Of a stretch of DNA of 64,000 bases, positions 30,762 through 47,929 are shown in pieces. The DNA is from an uncultured Gemmatimonadales bacterium. Its GTDB lineage: Bacteria; Gemmatimonadota; Gemmatimonadetes; Longimicrobiales; Longimicrobiaceae. Under the pieces are notes generated by a model. The model was given only the letters and a program-made list of their open reading frames with translations. It did not search any database and was not told the DNA's origin. The position numbers and the translations under genes were made by a program. Positions within the stretch are counted from its first letter, which is position 1. Each line of letters begins with the position of its first letter. The stretch lies in NCBI GenBank assembly GCA_963716255.1, contig OY970303.1, positions 5,184,001 to 5,248,000 on the forward strand. Direction: 5' to 3'.

Positions 30762-31154
30762 TTACAGGTGAGGCGAGGAGTCACCCGTCAGCAGTTGAGC
30801 TGGCGGACACACCGGCGACACCTGAAGGTCGGTGGGCAGATTACGCGCAAATCCGTCGCCGTTGGTACGCATCATTTCTCGCGCAGCTTTCTCTGCGACG
30901 GCATGTAGTGCCTGCTCACTTAGCGAATCCAGCCGGCCTTCCAGTACCTGGATTCTTGCATTCAGCTCAGCTCGTTCCCGAGTGTGCTCAAGTTGCACAT
31001 GATGCAACTTATCCTCAAATCGCTGTAGAAGGGCTTTGAACTCCACCAGAGTCTCGGTCGTGACAGTCTGCAGGTTCTCAAAGCGAACACTGTTTGTCAC
31101 AACCTCGTTTGTGAGTTCAGCAATCTTCTTTCCAACACCTAATAGCAGACTCAA
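30762..31154 (-). CDS. Hypothetical coiled-coil protein in low-GC insert
   Basis: TTG start with AAGGAGG RBS, TTGA overlap with the upstream ORF, heptad-like sequence. Confidence 0.6.
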   Translation of the reverse strand: MSLLLGVGKKIAELTNEVVTNSVRFENLQTVTTETLVEFKALLQRFEDKLHHVQLEHTRERAELNARIQVLEGRLDSLSEQALHAVAEKAAREMMRTNGDGFARNLPTDLQVSPVCPPAQLLTGDSSPHL

Positions 31155-31831
31155 GCGTGGCCTCCTTGCTGAGAGGTCGTCGCCTCAGTTTGACATGATG
31201 CAGCCCAATTGCGAAGCGATTGCAGTTTGGCTGTCGTTTCCTCAATCGCTTTCCCTAAGTTCTTCTGGGCAAGAATTGCAGAGTCAATAAGTGGTACAAG
31301 TAACTGCTCATTCGCACTGTCGGCATGTATTGCCCATGAAGAGACAGGTGAACTGCTGCCAACCTGCGTTATGAGGTAGGCACAAGCCTCAACCTTGCCA
31401 ACCAATTCGATTCCATCAACCAGTTGATGATCACTATCCTTCACGAGAACGTAGTTGACGTCACCATAAGGAGACGATACGAATACCGACCGCCCGAATT
31501 CAGCTGGAACAAAACCTTCCTTAGATAGATGTTGTTGGGCATTCAGTGTTTCACCTTCACCGCCAGTAGAGTTTTCCTTAAAGCGGAGGCGCCCAACGGA
31601 TCTCCCCATCACCTTCGTTACCCGCGATGATCCAGCCATGCGGTGAAGAATTGTGTGACCTCCAAGGGTTTCGGGTACCGAGTCATCTGAACGCTTAAAA
31701 AGTATCTTGGCGAAATAGCCGTGTGACTGTTGTTCCTCGGATGCCTTTGGGGGTGGCGCGGCGTCCGAGGAACTTTCTTTCTTGGCAGCTCCAAAACCCA
31801 TCTGCCATCCAGCTTTCTTCCGCTTTCCCAT
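31151..31831 (-). CDS. Hypothetical protein in low-GC insert
   Basis: About 226 codons open in roughly 45-50% GC DNA; translationally coupled to the next ORF. Confidence 0.6.
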   Translation of the reverse strand: MGKRKKAGWQMGFGAAKKESSSDAAPPPKASEEQQSHGYFAKILFKRSDDSVPETLGGHTILHRMAGSSRVTKVMGRSVGRLRFKENSTGGEGETLNAQQHLSKEGFVPAEFGRSVFVSSPYGDVNYVLVKDSDHQLVDGIELVGKVEACAYLITQVGSSSPVSSWAIHADSANEQLLVPLIDSAILAQKNLGKAIEETTAKLQSLRNWAASCQTEATTSQQGGHA

Positions 31832-32161
31832 AAGACCCTCGGATTCAAAGTCTCGATTTGCGCGCAACAACTATCGGCTCCAGCAACAAGCCAATGTTTT
31901 ACAAATTATCCTTTCAAGCCAATACGTCAAGTGTAATCAAGTGAACATCTGTGCGCCTTCTTGGGTGCTTTTCATGGCTTTGTCAGAGGTGGCAGATGAG
32001 TCTACCGAGTGTGGACCCGGGCCAGAATGTGGCTTGCATGACTTCATTGCCTGCATCGTACCAGGAAACAATTCGATAGACCACCGAGGTCAACAAAGCG
32101 ACAAGGGCATGCGCTCTACTACCTCGCTAGCGCAACCGACTCGCCCGACTTCGAGGTGGCG

Positions 32162-32725
32162 CTACTCCGACTCCTCCGCCCGCGCGGCGGCCAGCGCGGC
32201 CCGCCCGTCATCCGGGTTGCGGCGGACGATGTCGGCGTTGAGGGCCGCGGCGAAGCTGGTCCACGCCAGGTACGGCGCCATCATCCAGCCCGCGGCGCGG
32301 TCCACCCGCGCCGCCGCGAGCCCGTACGCGGCGACAGCCGGCACGAGCGACGCAACGTCCACCAGCGCGGCCCGCGGGCGGCGCGCGGAAAAGAAGATCG
32401 GCGTCCACGCGGCGTTGATCGCGAGCTGCGCGCCCCACAGCGCCAGGGCGCGCGAGCGGTCCGGGCCGTCCGGCCGCTTCCACACGCGCCACCCGGACAG
32501 GGCGATCATGGTGTAGAGCGCCGTCCATGCGACGGGGAAGACCCGCTTGGGCGGCGTCCAACGCGGCTTGTCCAGCCGGTCGTACCAGCGCATGGTCTCG
32601 CCCGCGCGCGGGTTGCCCACCGCGCTCATCGCCGCCGCCGCGGTGACCGCCGCGGCGAACCCCAGCAGCGCCCAACCGGAGTTCCTCCGCTCCGCCGCCG
32701 CCTTCCGTCTATGTGGTTGCCGCAT
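32162..32725 (-). CDS. tspO: TspO/CrtK tryptophan-rich sensory protein (copy 1)
   Basis: WYDRLDKPRWTPP..VFPVAWTALY, NAAWTPIFF, PYLAWTSFAAALN. Confidence 0.9.
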   Translation of the reverse strand: MRQPHRRKAAAERRNSGWALLGFAAAVTAAAAMSAVGNPRAGETMRWYDRLDKPRWTPPKRVFPVAWTALYTMIALSGWRVWKRPDGPDRSRALALWGAQLAINAAWTPIFFSARRPRAALVDVASLVPAVAAYGLAAARVDRAAGWMMAPYLAWTSFAAALNADIVRRNPDDGRAALAAARAEESE

Positions 32726-32842
32726 CGTCGCCCCCCGGAGTTCTGTGGAGGCTTTGCCGAACGCAACCCCCGTACCCACGAGGCGAGGCCCGGTCCCCCG
32801 CGTGAGACCGGGCCTCGTGTGCCGCGCGGGGCGGGCGCGGGG

Positions 32843-33328
32843 TCAGCTCACGGTGAGCGTCCCCTTCATCCCCATGGGCGCGTGCGGGTCGCACTGGAAC
32901 TTGTAGGTGCCGGGCGCCATGCCCACCACCTCGTCCACCACCTGGCCGGCGCCGGTGAGGTACTGGGTGGGCGCGGGGAGCCCTGCGATGCCGGGGTTGT
33001 CCGCCGCCGGCCACGACACGTTGTGCGCCGCGCCTCCGTCCGCCACGAAGTGCAGCACGTCGCCGGGCTTCGCGGCGACCTGCGCGGGCTCGAACTGCCC
33101 CGAGGCGCCCGCCTGCAGGGTGACCATGCGGATGGTGATGGTGTCTCCGGTGGCTGCGGCCGTGCCCGCCGGGGCTGCCGGCGCGGCGGGCGCCGCCGGC
33201 GCCGACCCGGACGGCTCGGACGAGGCGGACCCTGCCGAGCCGGAATCGCCGCCGCCGCCGCAGGCCGCGAGCAGGAGGAGCGAGAAGGTGGCGAGCGCCG
33301 GGCAGACGACGGTGCGTGTGCGGTGCAT
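32843..33328 (-). CDS. Lipid-anchored type-1 blue copper protein (plastocyanin/halocyanin/auracyanin-like)
   Basis: Lipobox LLAAC, Ser/Ala/Pro linker, HNV plus C-D-P-H-x4-M copper ligands (FQCDPHAPMGMKG). Confidence 0.88.
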   Translation of the reverse strand: MHRTRTVVCPALATFSLLLLAACGGGGDSGSAGSASSEPSGSAPAAPAAPAAPAGTAAATGDTITIRMVTLQAGASGQFEPAQVAAKPGDVLHFVADGGAAHNVSWPAADNPGIAGLPAPTQYLTGAGQVVDEVVGMAPGTYKFQCDPHAPMGMKGTLTVS

Positions 33329-33410
33329 GGGTCACGATGGTGTAGGTGGAACAGCTAGGGAACAGCCAGCGACGACGACGGTCCTCTCTCCCGTGGGCCC
33401 CAGCGTGGTG

Positions 33411-33549
33411 CCCGCGTGAGGGATTCCGGCCCGAAGGGGCGAGACCCGGCGGCGGTTTGCCGGGGCTCGACTCCGTTGCACACGGTTGTTTCGTGTGCTA
33501 CGGAGCCGAAGCCCGACCCCGGCGCAGCCGGGGGCACGCCCGAACCCGC
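33411..33549 (+). repeat. Full copy of structured intergenic repeat
   Basis: Reverse complement of the copies at 25623 and 44022. Confidence 0.9.
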
Positions 33550-33567
33550 CTCAAAGCCGTTCGGAAA

Positions 33568-34656
33568 TCAGTACATGGGCTCCATGCGCACGTCCGCCGG
33601 GGGCGTGTTGGGGAGCGTCCGCATCAGGAACAGCCCCGCGAATGCCGCCACGTTGCCCAGCATCAGCCGCGCACGCCGCAGCTTCGCGCCCAGGCCGGAG
33701 TCCCCCGCCGACGCGTGCATCGCGCGCGTGTTCCCGGCCATGCGGTCCAGCCGCTCCCGGAAGCGCGGGTTGTCCACGTCCAGGGCCAGCGGGAACACCT
33801 GCCTCGCGATGTGCGTCGTCTTTCGGAACACCTCGAAGTCGTACTCCGTGGGTTCCCAGCCGATGGCCCGGTAGAACTCCTCGCGCAGGTGGTCGCGCAC
33901 GTACATGGTGCTGAACACGGCGAGCAGAAAGAACCGGATCCACAGCTTGTTGACCCCGCGCAGCACCTCCGGCTGCACCCGCATGAGGACGGCGAACGCC
34001 TCGCCGTGGCGGAACTCGTCGTTGCACCAGTTCTCGAACCAGTCGAAGATGGGGTGCACGCGGTACTCCGGGCTCTCCTGGATGCGCCGGAAGATGGTGA
34101 TGTAGCGCGCGTAGCCGATCTTCTCCGACAGGTAGGTGGCGTAGTAGATGTACTTGGGCCTGAAGAAGGTGTACTTCTTCACCTTCTGGAGGAACGACAG
34201 GTCCACGCCCACGTTCATCTCCTTGAGCGTTCCGTTGATGAACCCGGCGTGGCGCCCCTCGTCGCGGCTCATGGCCAGGAAGAGCTCCTTTACGTCCGGG
34301 TTCTTCACCCGCTTCTGGATCTCGGCGTACAGGATGCAGCCGGAAAACTCGGCGGTGATGGAGGACACCAGGAAGTCGATGAACGCCTGCCGCGCCGGCA
34401 TGTCGGGGAAGTCGCTCTCGAACTCGGGCGTGCGGCGGAAGTGGGTGCGGTTGGGGTCGGCGCGGAACTCGGCAATCAGCGCGTCCCACTCCGTGCGCAG
34501 GGGAGAAACGTCGATCTTCTCCAGCGCGGCGAAGTCGGTGGTGTAGAAGCGCGGCGCCAGCATGGCGTCCTGCTGCGCCTGGCGCGTGGCCTCGTTGACC
34601 GGGCGGTCCAGCACGGCGGCGCCGCCCAGGGGCGCGGATGTCTGCACGGGATACAT
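33568..34656 (-). CDS. acsF: Aerobic Mg-protoporphyrin IX monomethyl ester cyclase
   Basis: LAPRFYTTDF, TAEFSGC, RDEGRHAG, YLSEKIGYARY, WCNDEFRHGE di-iron motifs. Confidence 0.97.
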   Translation of the reverse strand: MYPVQTSAPLGGAAVLDRPVNEATRQAQQDAMLAPRFYTTDFAALEKIDVSPLRTEWDALIAEFRADPNRTHFRRTPEFESDFPDMPARQAFIDFLVSSITAEFSGCILYAEIQKRVKNPDVKELFLAMSRDEGRHAGFINGTLKEMNVGVDLSFLQKVKKYTFFRPKYIYYATYLSEKIGYARYITIFRRIQESPEYRVHPIFDWFENWCNDEFRHGEAFAVLMRVQPEVLRGVNKLWIRFFLLAVFSTMYVRDHLREEFYRAIGWEPTEYDFEVFRKTTHIARQVFPLALDVDNPRFRERLDRMAGNTRAMHASAGDSGLGAKLRRARLMLGNVAAFAGLFLMRTLPNTPPADVRMEPMY

Positions 34657-34668
34657 GGCGATTCCTCC

Positions 34669-34998
34669 TCAGCCCTCGAAGCCCACGTCGTACAGCTCGT
34701 AGAACTCGCGCACGCCCCACACGCGCGTCCACCAGCGCCGCAGCGAGCTGGCCCGCCGCACCGTCGCGCGCGCGCGCAGCGTACGCCGCTCGCCGAAATC
34801 GATACGCGCGGGGGCGCCCTCCACCCGCACGGCGTCGCCGGGCTCCGGCGCTACGCCGTGCAGCTCCACGTGGGCGTGCAGGTGTTCATGCGTGCGCTCC
34901 AGGTCGATGTCGCAGGGGACGTGCACCGTCCGGCGGCGGACGAACCAGGCGGCGAGGAGGACCGCGGCGGCCGCGGCGGCGAGGAGTGCTGGAAGCAT
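34669..34998 (-). CDS. Small conserved PGC protein between puhC and acsF
   Basis: N-terminal hydrophobic helix, VPCDIDLERT..LHAHVEL...PGDAV, ELYDVGF; position typical of the small ORF preceding acsF. Confidence 0.75.
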   Translation of the reverse strand: MLPALLAAAAAAVLLAAWFVRRRTVHVPCDIDLERTHEHLHAHVELHGVAPEPGDAVRVEGAPARIDFGERRTLRARATVRRASSLRRWWTRVWGVREFYELYDVGFEG

Positions 34999-35035
34999 CG
35001 GGGTGCCTCGGCGTGGAAGGGGAGCCCTGTCCCGG

Positions 35036-35076
35036 TGTAAACCCCCGACGACAGCAATTGTCAGGATTGATTTACA
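35036..35076. promoter_or_regulatory. Two PpsR boxes upstream of the small ORF and acsF
   Basis: TGT-N12-ACA at 35036-35053 and 35059-35076. Confidence 0.85.
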
Positions 35077-35086
35077 CTTTAATGTG

Positions 35087-35554
35087 TCAGGTCCCCACGA
35101 GCAAGAGTTTCGCGAACGCCGCCCGGTTGTCGGGACCGTAGGCCGCCAGGTCCAGCACCACCCCCGTGGCCGGGTCCTCCAGGGTGAGCCGCCCGTCCCG
35201 CCAGCGCGCCAGCCGCACGGGCACGTCCGGACCCACCCCACGCTTGCGCCGCTCGAACGCCAGCCCCCGCATGGCCCCGCGGACGAAGGTGTTGGACCCA
35301 GGCTCCACCACGCCCGCCACGGCGCCCGTCGTGGCGTCGGTCACCACGATGCCGCCGTCTGCGCGGTCGGCGAAGCGTAGCTCGCGCGCGGCTTCTGTCT
35401 GCGCCGGGGCGGGCGCGGCGATGCGCGTCGCACCCGTGTCGCTCACCCGCGCCGTGAGCGCCAGCGCCACCGCCAGCGCGATCAGCGCCGCCGCGGACAG
35501 CAGCATGGGCCTGGGCACCCGCATGGCCTGGGGCTCTTCCTCGAACTCGATCAT
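35087..35554 (-). CDS. puhC: Photosynthetic complex assembly protein PuhC
   Basis: LRFADRADGGIVV, FVRGAMRGLAFER, LEDPATG..DLAAYGPDN..AF. Confidence 0.88.
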   Translation of the reverse strand: MIEFEEEPQAMRVPRPMLLSAAALIALAVALALTARVSDTGATRIAAPAPAQTEAARELRFADRADGGIVVTDATTGAVAGVVEPGSNTFVRGAMRGLAFERRKRGVGPDVPVRLARWRDGRLTLEDPATGVVLDLAAYGPDNRAAFAKLLLVGT

Positions 35555-35597
35555 CTCCACCTCCCGTGTGGCTCGTTCTCCCGGTCCGCCGGTGCGC

Positions 35598-36248
35598 TCA
35601 CGAGGTGCGCGCCAGCGCCGGGCTCGCCGCCGCTTCGCGTGCGGGCGCGGGCGCGGGGACCACCGCGCGGTCCGTGCACGCGGCCACGGCCTCGCGCAGC
35701 AGCGCGCCCACGCGCTCCGGCTCGCGAATGCAGCGCAGCGCCGGCTCGGCGGGGTCGAAGCGCCAGGGGCGGGCGTGCGGCCAGAGGAGGAACCAGGCGA
35801 GCCGGTCGTCGCCCTCCAGCGCCAGCGCGAGGTCGCCCGTGCCGCCTCGCCGCGGCCGCAGCGCCGCGGAGGCCACCCCGGCCAGCGGGACGTTGACGAC
35901 GGCGGGGACCACGATCCCCACGCGCATCACCAGCCGCCGGTCGGTGAGCGCGTACACGGTGGTGCGCGCCGTGAGCACGGCCATCAGCGCCGCGATCCCC
36001 GCCGCGGCCAGGAAGGCGGCGCCCAGCGTCGCCGCGCCCACCGCGAAGAAGGCCAGCGGGCGCGGCTCGTCCGCCGCCAGCGCGGCGCGCCAGCCCAGCA
36101 GCAGCCCGAAGTACACGGCCAGCTTGCGCACGTGGAACACGTGCACGGCCAGCGAGCGCGCGTCCGGCGCGCCCTGCCAGCGCACCCGCTCCCCGGGTGG
36201 GAGCGGGGCCTCGATGCCGCGGATGCGCTCGCCCGGCGCGGCGCTCAC
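35598..36248 (-). CDS. puhB: Photosynthetic complex assembly protein PuhB
   Basis: LPPGERVRWQGAP, FHVRKLAVYF, TTVYALTDRRLVMRVGI, LWPHARPW. Confidence 0.9.
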   Translation of the reverse strand: MSAAPGERIRGIEAPLPPGERVRWQGAPDARSLAVHVFHVRKLAVYFGLLLGWRAALAADEPRPLAFFAVGAATLGAAFLAAAGIAALMAVLTARTTVYALTDRRLVMRVGIVVPAVVNVPLAGVASAALRPRRGGTGDLALALEGDDRLAWFLLWPHARPWRFDPAEPALRCIREPERVGALLREAVAACTDRAVVPAPAPAREAAASPALARTS

Positions 36249-36772
36249 AGGAGGGGCTCCGCGCGCGAGGGATCGGCCCACAGGTAGCCGCCCGCGTAGT
36301 AGGCCATCACCTGGTCTTCCTCCCGCAGGGTGACCACGTCCGGGCTCGCGATCCCGGGCACGTCGGCGAAGTGCGCGGCGTGGATGGCCTTGACGCGCAC
36401 CTGACGCTCCCGCGCCCGCACCTTCGCGAACCCGTGGGGGAGGAGCACGCGCCGCCCGCCGGCCGCGAGCTCCACCTCGTAGTAGCGCACCTGGGGCTCG
36501 GCCGTGTCCACCCACACCTCCGCGACGATGCCCGCCACCACGCCGTCGCCGCCCAGCACCGTCATGCCGCGCGGGTCGGGGCCGCGCGGGTCCAGCGAGA
36601 ACCCCGGCGCGGCGCGCAGCGGGCGGATCTTGGGGGTGCCGTGTACGGTGTAGTCGGGGAGCGGCGCGCGGCGCGCCCACGAGGCGGGGCCCGCGTCGGA
36701 AAGCATCGGGATGGCGGCGGCCGGCTCGGCGGGGGCGCCGGGGAAGGACCCGGGGACGACGGTGCCGCTCAT
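36245..36772 (-). CDS. puhA: Reaction-centre H subunit, cytoplasmic PRC-barrel part (Hc)
   Basis: [51 protein letters not shown]. Confidence 0.9.
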   Translation of the reverse strand: MSGTVVPGSFPGAPAEPAAAIPMLSDAGPASWARRAPLPDYTVHGTPKIRPLRAAPGFSLDPRGPDPRGMTVLGGDGVVAGIVAEVWVDTAEPQVRYYEVELAAGGRRVLLPHGFAKVRARERQVRVKAIHAAHFADVPGIASPDVVTLREEDQVMAYYAGGYLWADPSRAEPLL

Positions 36773-36996
36773 GATGCGTCCTCCTCGTCACGGTCGCGCT
36801 GCGGGTAGCGGTCGCTGAAAAAGAGCTTCTGGCCCGGCATGGGGGGCCACCCCTGCACGCGGATGCGGCGCCCGTCCGGGTCCAGGGGGTAGCCCTCGCG
36901 CTTGTCCTCCCGGCGCAGGTAGTAGACGAGCCCCGCGAAGAACAGCCAGAACGCGTACAGCAGGACCTGCGCGAAGTCGATGTTGCTGGTGATCAC
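36769..36996 (-). CDS. puhA: Reaction-centre H subunit, transmembrane part (Ht)
   Basis: [49 protein letters not shown] overlap with Hc. Confidence 0.88.
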   Translation of the reverse strand: MITSNIDFAQVLLYAFWLFFAGLVYYLRREDKREGYPLDPDGRRIRVQGWPPMPGQKLFFSDRYPQRDRDEEDAS

Positions 36997-37061
36997 GGCC
37001 ACCTCCGCGGCGTGGGTGGGACATCGTTCCTGCCGACTGCTTCCTGCAACGGTTCCTAACT

Positions 37062-37099
37062 GCGGGTTCGGGCGTGTTCCCGGCTGCGCCGGGGTCGGG
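37062..37099 (-). repeat. Partial copy of the structured intergenic repeat
   Basis: GCGGGTTCGGGCGTGTTCCCGGCTGCGCCGGGGTCGGG. Confidence 0.8.
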
Positions 37100-37151
37100 G
37101 GAGGGGGCCGCCGTCGCAGGCTGTCCCCCGTAACCTGTCCCCTGCCGTTCC

Positions 37152-38582
37152 TCACCCCGGCATCTCCGCCATCCCGAACGATCCGGACGCGGCGCGCTCC
37201 CCGCGCGGCGCGGCCAGCGGGCCCACCACCGCCAGCGCGGTGAAGAGGAGGCCCAGCTCCAGCTGGTAGACGATGCCGTAGGCGTCGGCCGGGGACGACA
37301 GGCCGGGGCCGAGCGCGCCCGTGGCACCCACGTGGGCGACGGCGTCGCGGAGCAGGCCGCCCAGGGCGAGGGCGAGGCCGGCGCAGGTGGCCTGCACCGA
37401 GCCCCAGGCCCCCACCGCCAGCCCGGAGCCGGCGCGGCGGTCCATCCCCATCGCCAGCGTCAGCGTCCCCACGGAGAACATACCGCCGCCGAAGCCGATG
37501 CACGCCGTCCCCGCGCGGAACACGGTGGCGGAGCCCAGCGGCGAGGCGAAGATCACCGCGGTGAAGCCGGCCACCCCGGCAAGCATCCCGCAGGCGGCCA
37601 GGCGCGCCGGGTCGCCGCCGCGCGACAGGGCGCGGGCGGAAAGCGCGAAGGCGGCGATCGCCCCGGCGGCCATCAGCGCGGTGAGCAGGGTGGTGGCGGC
37701 GACCCCCAGGTGGAGCACCTGGCCGCCGTAGGGCTCCAGCAGCGCGTCCTGCATGCTGAAGCCGGCGGTGCCCAGCCCCACACCCACCAGCAGGCGCTTC
37801 GCCCGGCGGTCCCCCGCGAAGGCGCGCCAGGCGGCCAGGAACCCCGGCCGGGGCGCGTCCGGCGCGAGCGGGAGGGCGGCCCCGCGCGGCTCCTGCTTCC
37901 AGAGCGCCAGGAGGTTGAGCGCCACCGTCACCATGGCCGAGCCCTGCACCACCTGCACGAGCCGCGTGTGGGAGAAGTCCGCCAGCAGCCGCCCGAAGGC
38001 CAGCGAGCCCAGGAGCATCCCCGCCAGCAGCATCAGGTAGAGCAGGGCGACCACGCGCGGGCGGGAGCGCTCCGGCGCCAGGTCGGTCGCCAGGGCGAGG
38101 CCGGCGGTCTGCACGGTGTGCGAGCCGGCACCCACCAGGAGAAAGGCCGCCGCCCCGCCCAGGACCCCGGCCAGGCGCTGGTCCGGGCGCTCGCCGGTGA
38201 GCAGGATCAGCGAGAAGGGGAGGATCGCCAGCCCGCCGAACTGGAGCATCGTCCCGGTCCACAGGAAGGGGACCCGGCGCCACCCCAGCACGGAGCGGTG
38301 TATGTCCGAGCGGAAGCCGATCAGCGCCCGGAGCGGCGCGAACACCAGCGGCAGCGCCAGCATGGCCGCCACCAGCCCGGCGGAGACGCGCAGCTCCACG
38401 ATCATCACCCGGTTCAGCGTCCCGGCCAGCAGCGCCGCCGCCATCCCCACCGTCACCTGGAACAATCCCAGGCGCAGCAGACGGGGGAGGGGGAGCTCCG
38501 GCGTGGCGGCGTCCGCGAAGGGGAGCCAGGCCGTCCCCAGGCGCATCCACCCGCGCGCCGCCAGGTCGCCCGCGCGGCTCAT
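37152..38582 (-). CDS. lhaA: LH1 assembly protein LhaA (PucC/BCD-family MFS)
   Basis: [52 protein letters not shown]; lies between bchM and puhA. Confidence 0.9.
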   Translation of the reverse strand: MSRAGDLAARGWMRLGTAWLPFADAATPELPLPRLLRLGLFQVTVGMAAALLAGTLNRVMIVELRVSAGLVAAMLALPLVFAPLRALIGFRSDIHRSVLGWRRVPFLWTGTMLQFGGLAILPFSLILLTGERPDQRLAGVLGGAAAFLLVGAGSHTVQTAGLALATDLAPERSRPRVVALLYLMLLAGMLLGSLAFGRLLADFSHTRLVQVVQGSAMVTVALNLLALWKQEPRGAALPLAPDAPRPGFLAAWRAFAGDRRAKRLLVGVGLGTAGFSMQDALLEPYGGQVLHLGVAATTLLTALMAAGAIAAFALSARALSRGGDPARLAACGMLAGVAGFTAVIFASPLGSATVFRAGTACIGFGGGMFSVGTLTLAMGMDRRAGSGLAVGAWGSVQATCAGLALALGGLLRDAVAHVGATGALGPGLSSPADAYGIVYQLELGLLFTALAVVGPLAAPRGERAASGSFGMAEMPG

Positions 38583-39301
38583 GCGCGCACCAGCTCCACG
38601 GCCTGCGAGGTGTAGAACGCCGCCGAAACCCGCTCGCTGCGCTCCCAGCGCCACCCCGCGAGCCCCGGGTGCTCCGCCACGGCGCGGCGCAGCGCCCGCT
38701 CCGCCACCGGCTCCACCGCCGGCGCGCGGCTCCCCCGCGGGAAGAGGCGCCCCGCCGCGTGCGCCGCCGCCAGCAGCGGCGTCCGCGGCACGAAGGTGAA
38801 GACCATGGACCCGGACACCCGCGGCGCCAGCTCCGCCAGCGCGTCCACCGCCTCCCGCGCCCCGTAGTGGATCAGCGAGTCCATCGCCACCACGTGCTCG
38901 AACGCGCCCAGCGACGGGTCCAGCATGTCCCCCGCGACCCAGTCCACCCGGTACGCTTCCACGTCGGCCGGGAGCCGCACACGCGCGATCTCCACCAGCG
39001 TTGGCGACAGGTCCACCGCCGTCACCCGGGCCCCCCGTCGCGCCAGTTCCACCGCCAGCAGCCCCGTCCCGCACCCCGCGTCCAGCACCCGCCGCTCCTG
39101 GAGCACCTGCGGCAGCCACGAAGCCACCACCCCCCGCATACGCGCCCGCCCCGCCCGCACCCGCGCCCGGATCCGCCCCAGCGGCGCGTCCGACGTGAGC
39201 ACCACCCACGCGTCCGCCGCGGTGCGGTCGAAGTACTCCCGGATCTGCGCCCGCCGCGCCAGGTACGCGGCCGCCGTGGGCAGGGCAGGTGCTTCAGGCA
39301 T
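38579..39301 (-). CDS. bchM: Mg-protoporphyrin IX methyltransferase
   Basis: [33 protein letters not shown]. Confidence 0.95.
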   Translation of the reverse strand: MPEAPALPTAAAYLARRAQIREYFDRTAADAWVVLTSDAPLGRIRARVRAGRARMRGVVASWLPQVLQERRVLDAGCGTGLLAVELARRGARVTAVDLSPTLVEIARVRLPADVEAYRVDWVAGDMLDPSLGAFEHVVAMDSLIHYGAREAVDALAELAPRVSGSMVFTFVPRTPLLAAAHAAGRLFPRGSRAPAVEPVAERALRRAVAEHPGLAGWRWERSERVSAAFYTSQAVELVRA

Positions 39302-39360
39302 GGCCCCCGTCACCGTTGAAGTTTCGTATTGCGTACTTCGTACTGCCTTTCGCCGCCGGT

Positions 39361-43994
<4,634 letters not shown>

Positions 43995-44021
43995 CGGTCT
44001 CCGTTTGCCGGACTGCATGGT

Positions 44022-44157
44022 TTGGGCGTGCCCCCGGCTGGCGCCGGGGTCGGGCTTCGGCTCCGTAGAGCAGCAAACGACGCTGCTCAACGGAGTCGAG
44101 CCCCCGCGAAACTGCCCGCGGGGTCTCGCCCCTCCGGGCCGAAATCCCTCACGCGGG
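44022..44157 (-). repeat. Full copy of structured intergenic repeat between bchB and bchH
   Basis: Same orientation as 25623-25773. Confidence 0.9.
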
Positions 44158-44190
44158 TTCGAGCTGGCGTCCGCCGGGCCCCACCCGTCG

Positions 44191-45870
44191 TCACCTCCCG
44201 AAGTGCGCCTTGGCGTCGTACAGCGTTTCCACCGACACCAGCTCGATCCCGCGCTCCGCCGCGAAGCGCTCCGTGTTCCGGCGCGCCTTGCCGCGCACGA
44301 AGAACGGGATCTTTCCCAGCTCCCTTTCCGCGTCCGCCGCCCAGCGCACCGCGCCGCCCGCCGTCCCGCCGGCCGACACGGGCACTCCCGACATCACCGC
44401 GTCGGGCATCGTATCGGCCGGCGTCGAGTCGTCCGCCGTTGCGGCGGAAGCCGCCGACACCTCCTGCACCGCCCGTCCACCACCCGAACCGCGCGCGGAC
44501 GGCGACAGCGTTTCCGCCGGGTGGATCGCCGCCAGGTGCGAGGGGAGCGCGCCGTCCGCGAACTCGAAATCGCCGCGGAACATCTGGAGGAGGTGCTCCT
44601 CCAGCCCCATCATCAGCGGGTGCACCCAGCTGTCGAAGATGACGTTGGCTCCCTCGGGGCCCATCTGCGGCGAGTAGCGGGCGGGGAAGTCCTGCACGTG
44701 CACCGGGGCCGAGATCACCGCGCAGGGGATCCCCAGCCGCTTGGCCACGTGCCGCTCCATCTGCGTCCCCAGCACCAGTTCCGGGGCCGCCGCGGCGATG
44801 GCCGCCTCCACGTCCAGGTAGTCGTCCGTGATGGTGGCCTCCACCCCCAGCTCCGCCGCCCTGGCCCGCACCTCCCGCGCGAACTCGCGGGAGTACGTCC
44901 CCAGCCCGCACACCGCGAAGCCCAGCTCCTCCGTGGCGATGCGCGCCGCGGCCAGCGCGTGCGTGGCGTCGCCGAAGACGAAGACGCGCTTGCCGGTCAG
45001 GTAGCCGGAGTCCACCGAGCGCGAGTACCAGGGGAGCCGCGACTGTACGACGCCGCGCGCCGCCGCCGGGTCCAGCCCCGCGAGCGCGGCGACCTCCGCC
45101 GCGAAGTCGCGCGTGGCGCCCACGCCGATGGGGACCGTGCGCACCAGCGGCTGCCCGAAGGCGCGCCGGAGCCACTCCGCCGCGGCGAGCCCCGTCTCCG
45201 GGTAGAGGACCACGTTGAAGTCCGCGTCCGGGAGCCGCTCCAGGTCGCCGGGGGAGGCGCCCAGCGGCGCGACCACGGCCACGTCCACGCCCAGCGCGTC
45301 CAGCAGCCGCGTCACCTCGGCCACGTCGTCGCGGTGGCGGAAGCCGAGTGCGGTGGGGCCCAGCAGGTTGCAGGCGGGGCGGCGCGCGGGGCCGCACGGG
45401 GGGCGCGGCGTCTCCGGCGGCGGGGCGTGCGGCCCGCACAGGGCGCGCACCAGGCGGTAGAAGGTCTCGCTCGCCCCCCAGTTCTCCTTCTTCTGGTAGG
45501 AGGGGAGCTCCAGGGGGATCACGGGAACCGGGAGGCCCAGCGCCGCCGCCAGGCCGCCGGGGTCGTCCTGGATCAGCTCCGCCGTGCAGGAGGCGCCCAC
45601 CAGCATCGCCTCGGGGCGGAAGCGTTCGTACGCCTCCGCCGCGGCGGCCTTGAACAATTCCGCGGTGTCGCCGCCCAGGTCGCTGGCCTGGAAGGTGGTG
45701 TAGGTGACCGGGGGGCGCTCGGCGCGCCGCTCGATCATGGTGAAGAGCAGGTCCGCGTAGGTGTCGCCCTGCGGCGCGTGGAGCACGTAGTGCACGCCGC
45801 GCATCGCCGTGGCCACGCGCATCGCGCCGACGTGCGGCGGGCCCTCGTACGTCCACACGGTGAGCTGCAC
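44191..45870 (-). CDS. bchB: Dark-operative protochlorophyllide reductase subunit B
   Basis: [52 protein letters not shown]. Confidence 0.96.
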   Translation of the reverse strand: MQLTVWTYEGPPHVGAMRVATAMRGVHYVLHAPQGDTYADLLFTMIERRAERPPVTYTTFQASDLGGDTAELFKAAAAEAYERFRPEAMLVGASCTAELIQDDPGGLAAALGLPVPVIPLELPSYQKKENWGASETFYRLVRALCGPHAPPPETPRPPCGPARRPACNLLGPTALGFRHRDDVAEVTRLLDALGVDVAVVAPLGASPGDLERLPDADFNVVLYPETGLAAAEWLRRAFGQPLVRTVPIGVGATRDFAAEVAALAGLDPAAARGVVQSRLPWYSRSVDSGYLTGKRVFVFGDATHALAAARIATEELGFAVCGLGTYSREFAREVRARAAELGVEATITDDYLDVEAAIAAAAPELVLGTQMERHVAKRLGIPCAVISAPVHVQDFPARYSPQMGPEGANVIFDSWVHPLMMGLEEHLLQMFRGDFEFADGALPSHLAAIHPAETLSPSARGSGGGRAVQEVSAASAATADDSTPADTMPDAVMSGVPVSAGGTAGGAVRWAADAERELGKIPFFVRGKARRNTERFAAERGIELVSVETLYDAKAHFGR

Positions 45871-45871
45871 G

Positions 45872-47778
<1,907 letters not shown>

Positions 47779-47929
47779 ATCAAGGATGGCGGAATACGAA
47801 AAGGTTGACAGCGGTTCCGCCGCTCCGCATGTATACCGGGCAACCCTGGCCAAACCTTGTACAGGATGTTTGCTCCAGGGGTTTGCGCTCTCCCGTAGTC
47901 CCTTCGCTTCTCCAGCCGGGAGGTGCGTC

